Part shown: positions 1 through 11,182 of the stretch, in pieces
Position numbering within the stretch: position 1 is the stretch's first letter
Layout: the number at the start of each line of letters is the position of its first letter
Assembly (NCBI GenBank): GCA_001179505.1
Contig: CDMY01000598.1
Location: forward strand, 1-45,311
Direction of reading: 5' to 3'
Length of the DNA: 45,311 bases
Origin: Vitrella brassicaformis CCMP3155
Lineage: Eukaryota; Protista; Chromerida
The notes under the pieces: generated by a model
Database searches by the model: none
What the model saw: the letters and a program-made list of their open reading frames with translations, nothing else
Told to the model about the DNA's origin: nothing
Program-made: the position numbers and the translations under genes

Positions 1-455
1 GCTTTCCGCCCTCTGAGCACCAGGAGGGCGGGACAGCCAGCTTTCCGGCTGGCAAGCTGACAGGGAGGCCTGGAAGGCCAGCTTTCCGGCTGGCAAGCTG
101 ACAGGGAGGTCGGGAAAGCCAGCTTTCCGGCTGGCAAGCTGACAGGTAGGTCGGGAAAGCCAGCTTTCCGGCTGGCAAGCTGACAGGGAGGTCGGGAAAG
201 CCAGCTTTCCGGCTGGCAAGCTGACAGGGAGGTCGGGAAAACCAGCTTTCCGGCTGGAAAGCTGGCAGGGAGGCGCGGAAGGCCAGCTTTCCGGGTGGTC
301 TGGCCAGCTTTCCGGCTGGACATCCAGCTTTCTGGCTGGAAAGCTGGCAGGGAGGCCTGGAAAGCTGGCTTTCCGGGTGGTCTGGCCAGCTTTCCGGGTG
401 GCTGGCTGGCTTTCCGCGGGCTTAGCTAGCCTTCTGTGGGCCTAGCTAGCTTTCC
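1..455. repeat. Tandem satellite, ~41-bp unit (ccagctttccggctggcaagctgacagggaggtcgggaaag), decaying into ~20-bp half-units; probably continues upstream of the window
   Basis: ccagctttcc recurs every 41 bp from ~38 to ~283, then every ~20 bp to ~455; the unit contains the inverted repeat ccagctttcc/ggaaagctgg. Confidence 0.95.
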
Positions 456-857
456 CCGCCTCCAGAAACGCGTGAGCGTTAGAGACTCTCGTCCGCAGAC
501 TCCCGTTTGCGTGAAATGAGTATTTCAAATTGGAACAGGTTCTTCTTACAGCGGCTCTCCTGAACGAAATGGGGCATGCCATTATATATCTTTACAATAA
601 ACGGTCGCCACTCTGCCGAATCTGCGGTTTCTAAGCGCTAGGATGGCCACCAGCGCCTCGAAGCAACAAATGCGCCAAACCAACAACCGTACACGCAGAC
701 GAGCCAGGACATCCAGCATGCTGACTGACACCCCTCGTCCCAACAACAGATAAAGATGGCGCACACGGGCAGAGACGCCCATGTGCAGCATGCACCATGA
801 GTGTATAAACAGACAAACGGCAGCCACAACACAGCGATCACGTGATGGCCTGTGAGA

Positions 858-2538
858 TCATTCCCGCTCCGCTCCCCAACCAATGCCCTCACACTCGAGC
901 AGCACCGCCCCCTCCACCCGGCCAACGCCGTCCACAGTGGGGCTCTCTGTGATCTTGAACTTGGCGTCGGTGAGCGTCTCGGCGACCCACATGGCCGTCC
1001 GCGTGTGGAGGGTCAGCGGGCCACACAGAATGCGGGACGTGCCGAGGGCCAGCGACATCGGCATGATCAGCTGGTCCTGCACACACAATGGATACGTGGC
1101 CTTTATCTTTTTACCGCTTGTGTGCCGTTCCGCTTCTTACCTGTGTGTGTTCGTCGACGCATCCATTCTGGCTGAGTTGGTCGATCAGTGAAGCGGCGAC
1201 CTGACGGGCAGTCTCACTGCACACACACACATAGATACACACACATGTGTACCTAGATCACGGTACGCGGCCCATGCATCCCTCAGCTCATCTCACCTGG
1301 GTTGCACGTCCTTCTTTCCCTCTGCATTAGCGAAGTATCTGCAGCCCTCGGTGGTCTCGGCACACACCCACAGCCCGCTGGCGCTGCCCACGGCCACCTG
1401 AGGGTCCAGGTGCACAGTCTCGATGCTCATGTCAACCCGCCGCACAGCCGGGTCGCCCTTCTTTAGCGCCTGGACGAGGGACGCCTTCATGTGGTCGGCG
1501 TTGCTGGGGTTCACCGCCCCCGATGTGTAGGCCAGGCCGCGAATCTGACTGAGGGTGCCTTTGCTGAGCAGAGTGATGGGCTGCAGAGGGCGGGTGGGAG
1601 GGGGGTGTAAGTTGACCGTCACGTGGCCGCCACCCTGATGATGGATTGACATTTGTCGGCTTGGCTGTGTGTGTGTGTTGTGGGTCCGTGTCGTTTTGCT
1701 CACTTTGGGGTAGAAGCCTCTCTTGTGTAGGGTGAGATCGAAGTCAGCACCGAATGAGCGGAGCAGAGGGCGCAACACAATGGTCAGGTAGTCTAGGGGA
1801 GGCGAGAACGACACCTGCACACGACCCACAACACAGACACGAACAAAGCAACAACACGCATCCACCCAGACCCACATGAAGAGTGTGTGTCTCTCTCTGT
1901 TCCACGCTCACGTCCGTGCCGCCCCTGAGGTCGAGCTGCACCTCGGCGCCCAAACACAGACACGGCCACATGACAGCCTGACGACCGACAGGTAGACACA
2001 CAGACAAGGAAGGAGCCAGGGGACGTAGGCAGGCAGACAGGCAAACAAAATGCGCACCGACCTGTATCATAAGAGTGATGCTGCCAGCCGTGCCGGGGTC
2101 AGCGGCATATTTCCCGGCGACGATGGTGTTCGGCCAGAATGTGACCTGGACCGAGCCCACCTGATCGCCCCCAAGCTTCCCATGTGAGATGCGCGACAAG
2201 AGCCTGATCAATCAATACACCCATCATGGCGGTGGATGTGTGGGTCAGTCAGTTTGTCGTGTGTGTGTCGTCTGTCCTGCCCCACGTGCCATGTCACGTG
2301 CCTGATGGACTCAAGGTGCTGATTCGCCAGCCCCGGTTTGGACCTGCCGGCACGGATGTTGAATCTGACATGACGCACACAAGCAAAGCATCCATATACG
2401 GTCATCGTCTGCTTGCATGGCATTTATTGATCCATACACTCTCAGCGGTTTGTTCAGCAGCGCCGCATAAGCGAAGGCGTTGCGCAAGATCTGACCACCG
2501 CCCTCTAGTGTGCTGCCGTCTATCGTCAGCACACTCAT
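858..2538 (-). CDS. RTCA: RNA 3'-terminal phosphate cyclase (multi-exon)
   Basis: Spliced exons give IDGSTLEGGGQILR, IRAGRSKPGLANQH, DPGTAGSITL, LRGGTDV..PPLDY, KRGFYPKGGG and CVDEHTQDQL (catalytic His). ATG at 2538, stop at 858. Confidence 0.93.
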
Positions 2539-2726
2539 ACGCACGGGCGACAACGGCCTGCAATGCACCAGAGCACGCAGATCAGATCAATCACGGGACA
2601 AACAGCTTGTCGTGTACCTTCGAGCCAGGCGATGCACGGTGTTGACTGATGGATAGCTATAGGCGTGAATCCCAGTAGTGAGCAGGCTCCAGAGAAGCAG
2701 AACGCTCAACTTTGGCATCCATCTCC

Positions 2727-2759
2727 TGCGAGCTTAGCTCCCAGGTCAATAAGCTCGCA
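2727..2759. promoter_or_regulatory. Inverted pair of the TGCGAGCTTA element in the RTCA/RPL6 divergent promoter
   Basis: tgcgagctta 2727-2736 and taagctcgca 2750-2759. Confidence 0.6.
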
Positions 2760-2804
2760 CCAGGTCTGGGCGTCACAACGAACACCAACAAGACCACCAC
2801 CGCA

Positions 2805-3365
2805 ATGGCGAAGGCGGGGGCGACAAAGCGAGCAGACAACATCAAGCTGAAAGCCAAGAGGGCGGTGGTGAACCCTCGCAAGCTGACGGCGAGGCCTCCC
2901 AAGCTGCGCAGCTCCATCACCCCCGGCACCATCCTGATCCTGCTGGCGGGCAAGGCGCGCGGCCACCGCTGCGTCTTCCTGAAGCACCTGCCGTCCGGCC
3001 TGCTGATGGTGACTGGCCCTTACTCGGTGAACGGCATCCCGCTGCGGCGCGTCAACCAGCGGTACGTCATCGCCACGAGCACCAAGGTGGACATCGGCAA
3101 GGTGGACGTCAACAAGTTCGACGACACCTACTTCGCCAAACCCAAGGGCAAGCGCGGAGGGGGGTCCAAGAGTGAGGGCGGCATCTTTGCCGAGGAGAAG
3201 GGCGAGGCCAAGGTGGAGATCAGCGACGAGAAGAAGGCCGACCAGATGAAGGTCGATGGCGCCGTCCTGGGCGCGCTGGCCAAGGCGGACGCCGTCCTCA
3301 AGTCGTACCTCAAGACGAGATTCTCCCTCACCAACAACATGAAGCCCCACGAACTCAAGTTCTGA
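2805..3365 (+). CDS. RPL6: 60S ribosomal protein L6 (eL6), intronless CDS
   Basis: LRSSITPGTILILLAG..VFLKHLPSGLLMVTGPYSVNGIPLRRVNQRYVIATSTKVD and C-terminal YLKTRFSLTNNMKPHELKF. First ATG at 2805 (the ORF track starts at an upstream TTG). Confidence 0.97.
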   Translation: MAKAGATKRADNIKLKAKRAVVNPRKLTARPPKLRSSITPGTILILLAGKARGHRCVFLKHLPSGLLMVTGPYSVNGIPLRRVNQRYVIATSTKVDIGKVDVNKFDDTYFAKPKGKRGGGSKSEGGIFAEEKGEAKVEISDEKKADQMKVDGAVLGALAKADAVLKSYLKTRFSLTNNMKPHELKF

Positions 3366-4566
3366 TCGGTGGGGGTGTGGTGTGGCGGATGGGAGTGGGT
3401 GTGTGGTGTGTGGTTTCCGTGGCTGCGTGCTGCCTGCCTGCTTGCCTCGAGCGAACAGGACACTTCATTCGTCGAGTGACTCATACATGGACATGATGCG
3501 CGTTTGCGTCAATGAGGGGTGAACAGATCTGATTATAAAGGGTGATGGTGCTTCCCTGCCTCCCTGACGTGTCCTTGTGTGTCCCCTCACACCCACGAGA
3601 GAATGTAATGTAGGAAACACCTGTCGATGGACGGACGGATGGGTGGGGCACATCATCACGCACGAAGTTCCGCGTCACATCACGCAACCATACCTCATTC
3701 ACACATGCCAGACAAAAGGAGCAGCTAGAACAGCTCGACCTACCTACCTGCCTCAGAAACGGCCAGCCACGCACGCACAATATACCGACATCACAGAGAA
3801 TGAATGCCCCAGCAAACAAAAACCGTCATGTAGGCAGGCGTCATGCAGGTTAGGTCACACACAAAAGCGCTTGCATGACAGCCACAGAATCAGACAGTTA
3901 TGCACCACACCACACCACACCATACCACACCACGTGCGAGAGAGGGCATCGGTCGCTGCGCACTGCACGCAACCAAAATGTGCACGGCAGCATCGCATCA
4001 GCATCAACACCAGCAGCGGAGTCTCAAAAAAGGCCTCCACTGGACGGACGAAAAACGAAGAGGCGTATACACACGTACGATGGATGCATGGCATGAAGGG
4101 TACGATAATACACACACACACACACACGAGGAATGCGATAGATAGATGAATGGATGGGATGGCTGGATGCAATCGATCACTGAATGCCTGCACTGCATGC
4201 CCTCCGCCAGCTGCCATTTGGAACAGAGGCAGAGCTTTCACCAACATGTATCTAAACCTTCCACCGACATGTATGTAAAACGGAGGAACGAATGGTAACC
4301 AAAGTACCATCTCCCTCGCTGCCTCCCTGCCTACCTCCCTGCCTGTCTGTCTGTTGGCGGACATGGCGAGTCCGCCCGTCACTTCCTGCCCGCCTGCCTG
4401 CATTCCTGCATTCCTGCCTCCTGCGATACGCAAAACAGTCAATGGTCGGCCAATCGACAAGCCCTATCTGATGCAGCCGTGCGATCACACGTGCAACAAA
4501 CACCATGAATGCACCAAACACCATCAATTATGTAAGGAGTGCACTGCATATTCACCCGTCAGTGTG

Positions 4567-7500
4567 TCATGAGGACTGCCTTGCAGGCGCCGTGGCGTGT
4601 GTGGCGTGTGTGGCGTGTGTGTGGGTGGACCTGTCCGCCTCTGACGGCTCCCGCGATGCCGCCATAAACGCCCCGCCCAACCCTCGACGGAAGACCATCT
4701 GCGGGCTGGAAGAGATGTTGCTGCGCACATCAGCCGCAGTGGCCCTCTCCCTCTCCCTCTCCCTGTTCCACAGATGCACTGACGGGTTGAGCGAGTTGGC
4801 CCGCTCCCGCTCAGAGAATGACGACATCGGGATGTCCCCGCCAAGATACCCGCCCCTAAACGGCGCTGCGTAAAGCTCCCGAATGGTGCTGCTCTGCCGC
4901 TGGATCTGCTGACGGGGCCGAGGGGGGCCGGTCGATGTGGCGGCCGAGTGCTGCGGGGATGCCTCTGGGTCGACTGCACCGCGCCTCGACGGCGACCCAC
5001 GTGAGCCTCTGGAAAAGGTGGGCGAGGGCGGCTGCAGCGAGTTGCTGGTGGTTGTGGTCCCGGGTGGGCCCCTGCGCCTGTGTGGGGGGACGGGTGGACG
5101 GCCGTTGGTTGCCTGCGATGGGTGCAGGTCTGGTGTGCGGGGTCGCATGTCTTCTGGCGATGAGTCGACGAGTGTGGTGCTGGACGGGGGGAGGGCAGGG
5201 AGGTTCTGCAGCCGACGAGACAGCAGAGAGCTGTCGGTCACATCCACACTACTGCAGGAGAGAGAAAGACAGAGAGGGACAGGGCAAGCAAGGCACAAAC
5301 AGCCAAGAGGGTGTTGTCATGTCATGAGCGACATGATTGTTTGTCTCTGTCTGTCTGTAAGGTGCGTTGCGTTGTTCGTCTGCGCACCTTCTGGCCCTCC
5401 TGAAGAGCAGGCCGCCCCCGCCCCCTCCCTCAGTCCCTCCTGCCCCCTCGTATGCCGCCGTGATGCCCGACTGCACCGCCGCCTCCACAGCCTTGTTGAT
5501 CCTCTCCTCTCGCCCATCAGACGCTTCCCCACCACCACCACCACCACCACCCCCATCTCCGCCCTGCTTGCCGTTGTCGGATGCCTCGTCGCCGTCGTTG
5601 GTCTCCTCGTCGTCCCTTTGGCTGCGCTGGGAGTCGCTCATGGATGCGTGGGGGATGTTGAGGTGCTTCTGAACGGAGAGAAGGGCCTCTGAGAGGTGGC
5701 CGAGGAGCCGCTGCTGGTCGAACTGGAGCATCAGCAGGTGCTTCGAGAGGGCGGGGCCCTTGACGCGGTTCACGCCCTCGACGAAATCCTCGACACGCAG
5801 CTCCTGCACACGTGGGTGATTCATGCATCCATCCATCCATCCATGTGTGTGTGTGTGGTGTGTGTGTGTGTTGCGACTGACCGACCTCGATGTTGTTGGC
5901 GTGCATGATTCTGACGAGGTCCAGTGCGTCGAGCCACGAGATCTGCGCGCGCTTGAGGTCGTCGAGGAACTGCCGTGTCGAGAGGGCCTCGAGCAGCTCC
6001 TCTTTGCTTAGCCAGTGGTTGTTGTCGTGGTCGGCGGCGTGGAAGGCCTCTCTGAGGATGCGCTTGCCCTCGAGCAGCCGCCGCTCCTGCAGCTCCACCT
6101 CGCTCTCCTCCTCGTTGTGCCTGCTCGTGTCATTGACGGCCTCGACGATCACACCGGTCACCAAGTTCAGCAGCGTCACCTGCACACACATGGACGGACG
6201 GATGGGATGTAAAGGTGGATGGATGGATGGGCGTGAAGGCAAGCATACGTTGGTGAAGAGAATGTAGGCGACAAAGAAAATGGCGCTTGCAGGAGCGAAA
6301 TCCATGGTGTGTCTGGCGATCTCGTTCCAGCCCTCCATGGTCATGAGCTGGAACAGGGTGAAGGCCGACCGCAGGATGCTCCCCCACCACTCGTCCATCA
6401 GCTCGTCGCTGCTGTGGATCTGACCGAACAGGCGCGTTGTAAAGGTCGCGCAGATGTCTGCACCGCCACACCACCACCACACACCGCACAAACAGAGAGG
6501 AATCATGGGTGTGGTTTGAGGGGAGGCAGCCTGGGTAATGGATGGCCTGGTGTGTGTTGTGCTGACATTGCGTCATGAGTAGGAAGACGCTGATCCAGAA
6601 GAGCGACCGGAGCGACTTGCCTAACCCCTGCACCAGCAGCCACAGCTCCTTGTACGACCGCAGAATCCGCAGCATACGCAACAACCGCACGAGCCTCAAC
6701 GTCTGCCACACCACACCACACCAAAGCACGCATTCATCCAAGCTCTCTTCTCTCCCGCTCTCCCCACCCCACCGACCCACCCGAAGAGCGAGGAGTGTGT
6801 CCAGTTTGCTCTTGGAGTTCTTTCCATGGTTGCCAAGGAGACTCTCGAAGTAGTCGAGATTGGGGGTGGAGGCGTCAGCGAGGGATGCGCGCGTCTTCTC
6901 CACTGCCACTAGGGTCGCCACGGCGTTCTCCACGATGGACAGCACCACCAGAATGAAGTCCATCGTGTTGAAGAAATCCTGAATAAACCGATGAACAAAC
7001 ACAATGGATGGATGGATGGATGTGGTCTGGGTGTGGCTGACTCTGAAGTATTTGAGTCCCTCGGCTTGTAGGTGCAGGATTTGCTCGATGGTGAAAAGCA
7101 CCACGAACAGCAGCTCGATCGACAGGAATATCGACGCAGTCTGGTCCACACACACACACATATCTCACAAGCTGTGCATCAAATGCATCTGATCAGCCCG
7201 CCCCGCCGACGTACCTGCCAGTTGTCGGCATTCTGATTGAGCTCGATCTCGAGGCCGATGAACACCGCATTGAAGACGATGAGCCACGTAAACAGATTCT
7301 GGGCGCGGGGGGACTGGATCCAACGAACCTGTGATCAGATCAACACACATGTGACATCACAAGTTGCCCCTGCCACTGTTGCCCCTCTCTGTGCTGACCC
7401 TCTTGAGTCGCTTGAAGTTGTCCTGCGAGGCCGCAAACTCGCCGGTCAGGACGTTGTCGCGCGTGATGGCCTGAAGATCAAACTCGTCCATGCGGACCTC

Positions 7501-8094
7501 CACCTGCAGACACACGTACACGACATGAGGGATGAAAGACGAAGCACCACCAACCTTGCCCTGCCCCTGCCCCTCCTATCCTATGTGAATGTGTGTGTGT
7601 GTGGTGTTGGTCACCTTACTTACCTTTCCGCAGCACCAGAGGCAGCTGAGTGCCTTGCGCATCTTGGCCCAGCCCGACTTGTCCTGGCGCCTCCGGTCCA
7701 GCCGGGCCTGGAAGGCGTTCTCAAACAGCGACGTGTGGCCCGTCCGCAGCTTGGACGAGTTGAACGACAAGCTACGCTTCCGCTGCTTGCCGTCACTGCA
7801 GCTGTCCTTGCTGCCCCGCCGCCCCTCATCCTTGCCCTTGCCGGTGCCAGTGGCCTCTCCCTCGTTGTCAGATGGGATGTACTCGTCGGCCCGTTCGACA
7901 GACGAGGATGAGCCCGGTGAGTCGCCATCGTATGGGCAGCACTCATGGCCGCCTGTGGCAGTGGTGTGTGTGGCGTAGGTGGGGAGGGAGAGGGCGGACT
8001 TCTTGCCTTTGTCGGTGTGGCTGTTCAGGAAGGCATCACGGCTGAAGGGCGGGCACGGCCAGCCGCGCAGTGGGAGGCACCGCTTGTCTTGCAT
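4567..8094 (-). CDS. Single-domain (6TM) voltage-gated Na+/Ca2+-type channel with C-terminal EF-hand
   Basis: S1 NLFTWLIVFNAVFIGLE; S2 IELLFVVLFTIEQIL; S3 FNTMDFILV; S4 LRTLRLVRLLRMLRILR; pore FTLFQLMTMEGWNEI; S6 LLNLVTGVIVE; EF loop DHDNNHWLSKEE. Start codon and tail exons are approximate. Confidence 0.88.
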
Positions 8095-8297
8095 ATTGCA
8101 TCTATCGCTTCAGAAGTGTCGTGGTCTGCGTGGCATCCCAAAAAAGGCGGGACGGCCGAGAAGACATGGCTCAGCGGGCGGTGGATCTTCAGAATGCGGA
8201 GATCTCAATTGGCTTTTTGATACAGGCGGTGTGTCGGCAGGCCCACAGACGTTGTCCTCATGCAGCCAAGGACCTTCACGCTGGAGGTCTTCAACCG

Positions 8298-8306
8298 TGC
8301 GAGCTT
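8298..8306 (+). promoter_or_regulatory. TGCGAGCTT element between the channel gene and the divergent orphan gene
   Basis: Exact motif, ~200 bp upstream of the channel ATG. Confidence 0.5.
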
Positions 8307-8600
8307 CGGAGGAGGAGAAAGCGCCACTCTTTTTCCCCCAGAGGAGGGCATTTCTGGTGCTCCTGCGATGGCGGAGACGAAGCCTGTTGAAGCATCCGTT
8401 ATAGCATCAGTTTGATTCATTCATGCACCTTGAGGATGGACGGCGTCACCACTCGGGTCAGAGAAGAGAGGCTCCCTGGGCCAGTGATGTGAATGAAGCA
8501 GAAAGCGTCAAGCAAAGCTTATGATGTGATCCATGGCCGGCATGTTTGTGTGTGGCTTGGCTTTTGCCGTGCGAATTCTCCTCTGCAGACGATAGCGGTG

Positions 8601-10465
8601 ATGCGGGAGCTGCTGCTGCCCCGGGTAGAAGGCTATTGGATGAAGCAGGCTCAGGTATCAGCCAAACAATACACCAACCAACTCGTCCATTCCATGCAGT
8701 GCATCCAAAGCTCATCGGCTGCTTGCGTGTGTGTGTGTGTGGTGTGCAGGTCAACAGCTGCATCGATCAACTCCTGCAGATGGACACCGCAGCTTCGATG
8801 GCACCACTGGTGCGGCAGGCTGCCAAACACACCACACACCACAAAGCCCTCTGTGTGTCTGTCGAGTCTACTTTGCTTGGCGTTGCTCTCGTCGTGTTGA
8901 TTCATTCGTCAGATGGTGGATAAGGTGAGTCGTCAATTTGCTGCTGTGTCCGACCTGCTGGCCGAACTGGCAGAGACCATCAACTCGACCATCGCACTCA
9001 CAAGGCATCGCCGCGCACAGGTGAGTGGGGGAGTGACCACAGGCAGGCACAAACACAAGACCCACACTGATGTGCTGTGCACCTCTTATGTGCGTGTTGT
9101 GTGTATGTCCTTCTGTCTGTGTGTCGTCAGGCCACATCGTTGGACCTGACTGACATCCCTGCCGCGCCCATGAGGGTCCTCATCGCGCAGTCTGACCTCA
9201 CCACCGTCGCCCACCTCAAGTCGACAGCCCGACCCATCAGAAATGCCCTCCGGCCGATCATCCGCCGCTATCGGCTGCGGAAGGCGATCGAGCGGGCGGG
9301 GGTGGGCGGTGTGGTGCAGTTCGACCCTCAGCTGAGCCACGGGGATGTGATGAAGGCCATGTGGGTGGTGGAGGAGGGGGGCGAGGGCGGCTGGGGGGAG
9401 GTGGGCGGCACACTCACTCTCGCCGAGCATTTCGGCTATTGCCAGCTGCCGGTCACTGTGGGTGCTGTAGATCTGCAGACACACGCCACCAAGGCGGTAA
9501 ACACGACAGACAGAAAAGGAAACAATCGAGCAATGGGTGATGAGCCGCTGGATGTGCGTGTTGGCTGTAGGACTTCTTGGCACTGCCCAGAGTCTGTGCG
9601 CAGTGAATGCTCGTCGGTGGCTACGTGGCCTTCCGGCGCCCCAACGGCCGGCAAGACGGCACACTCCAGCTGTTCCGCCACAACAACGAGCTCCGGATCA
9701 TCCGGGAGAACCATCCCAACTTCTTCATCCAACTCAACCCGCCCCTCCCCCATTCTGACCGCCCCTTCCATCCCTTCTCACAGCACCACCCCTTCACCCA
9801 CCACGCCAAGCCGCACGACCCGCCAGTCCGCCACCGCATTACGTGGCACCCATGGTCATTGGGGTGGGAGACGGTTCTCATCACACACGGGCCCGTTGAC
9901 GTATCGGTGAGCTCCATGTTGAAGGAGCTGATGGTGGTTCATCGGTGGCGGGCTGTGGGCGGGTTCACCCAGTCGCCAGCAGTGGTGGTGCGTGGGTGAG
10001 TCGATGGACGGCAGATGTCGTACGCTCTGTGCCAATATGAACGTCTGTGTATGCCAGAGGTGTGCATGGCGTCGGCGGCATACTTGCTCGATCACCGCAC
10101 GCGCCACTCAATGGATGCTCGGATAAGCTGACATTGGAGTGGGCCGATGGGGAGTGTGTACAGGAGCATGTGCTGACTTCATCCAACGACCCATTCATCG
10201 CATGGATTTCCTTCGTCATCCCCCAAGGCAACCAGGACGGTACGCATTCACACTGACAGCACATCCTCATGCTGTCGTGTCGTGTGATCATCCGCTCCTC
10301 TCTTGTCTGCATGCAGTGCGCGTCACCATTTGTACCACCGAGGCGTCAGCAGCAGGTGTCCCTCAGGATGCGCCCTTCGCCCAGCGATTCACTCGGACGG
10401 CCGCCAAGGTGCGCCGCCTCCCCGGATCGATCGATTTCTTCGTGTTCGGTGTCGAGGCGCCATGA
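8601..10465 (+). CDS. Hypothetical protein of a lineage-specific family (C-terminal D-x-F-x-A-x-I ... TTEA motif), multi-exon
   Basis: Coding-like exons bounded by GT-AG (MRELLLPRVEG, ATSLDLTDIPAAPMRVL, HDPPVRHRITW, HVLTSSNDPFIAWISF, VTICTTEASAAG..FVFGVEAP*). The true start may lie further upstream (acceptor at 8588). Confidence 0.7.
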
Positions 10466-11182
10466 TCATGAAGGTGAGAGCCACACGATGGCATGATGAT
10501 GCGCGTGTGTCCTTATGTTCGTCTGTGTTAGTGGATTTGGTGCAGACACGTCGTGGGCCTTGTAGGTGGCGTGCTGGCAGATTCGTGTGCGTATTTTGCT
10601 GACTGTAGTACATGCGGATTCAGCTGTGAACGGCTCGTGCATGCCTGTGCTTTCCATCTCTGTCGCGGATGAATTTCACTCGTATGCACCTGTCGGTCTG
10701 CACACACGCGTCCGCTGATGAGTCCATCCCATTCGGCCGGACGCACCACATGCAGCCAACTTGCACACAGACCATCCCACTAAGAGCCACCCAGGAACTG
10801 CCCCGGTGGCCCTTTGCGAGCGAAGCGGGAAGAAGACTGACGAAAGAGTGCGAAAAGGGAGAAAGGAAGGCGTGATTGAGTGCATTGAGCCCAAGGTTTC
10901 ATTCATATTGATGACCGAAGCAACCACCGACGTCACACACTCGCAAACTGCACACAATGGGGCTGCCTCCACTGCAGATATGCACGCACTCATCATCATC
11001 TACATATTCTGATCTGATCCACTCATTCTTGCCGCTGCGCTGCACCCGCCAGCACGACTGTGCTCCCAACGCGAGCCCGTGGTCATCGCCGGGAGAGCCA
11101 ACTCGTCAAAGCATCTCGTCAAATCAAGAACGCGCCTCACCGCTGCGACTGTGTGGCAGCGTGGCTTGACTTGACAAGACCC

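Noticed and set aside
1-455. CRISPR array
   Set aside because: The sequence between repeats is itself repeated (no unique spacers), there are no cas genes, and the context is eukaryotic
3366-4566. ORFs between RPL6 and the channel 3' end
   Set aside because: They translate microsatellites (HT, CV and IHPS repeats) in converging 3' UTR/intergenic DNA
10761-11012. ORF with VSFILMTEA resembling the orphan-family TTEA motif
   Set aside because: The match is too short, there is no supporting upstream motif or splice context, and the ORF lacks an ATG start
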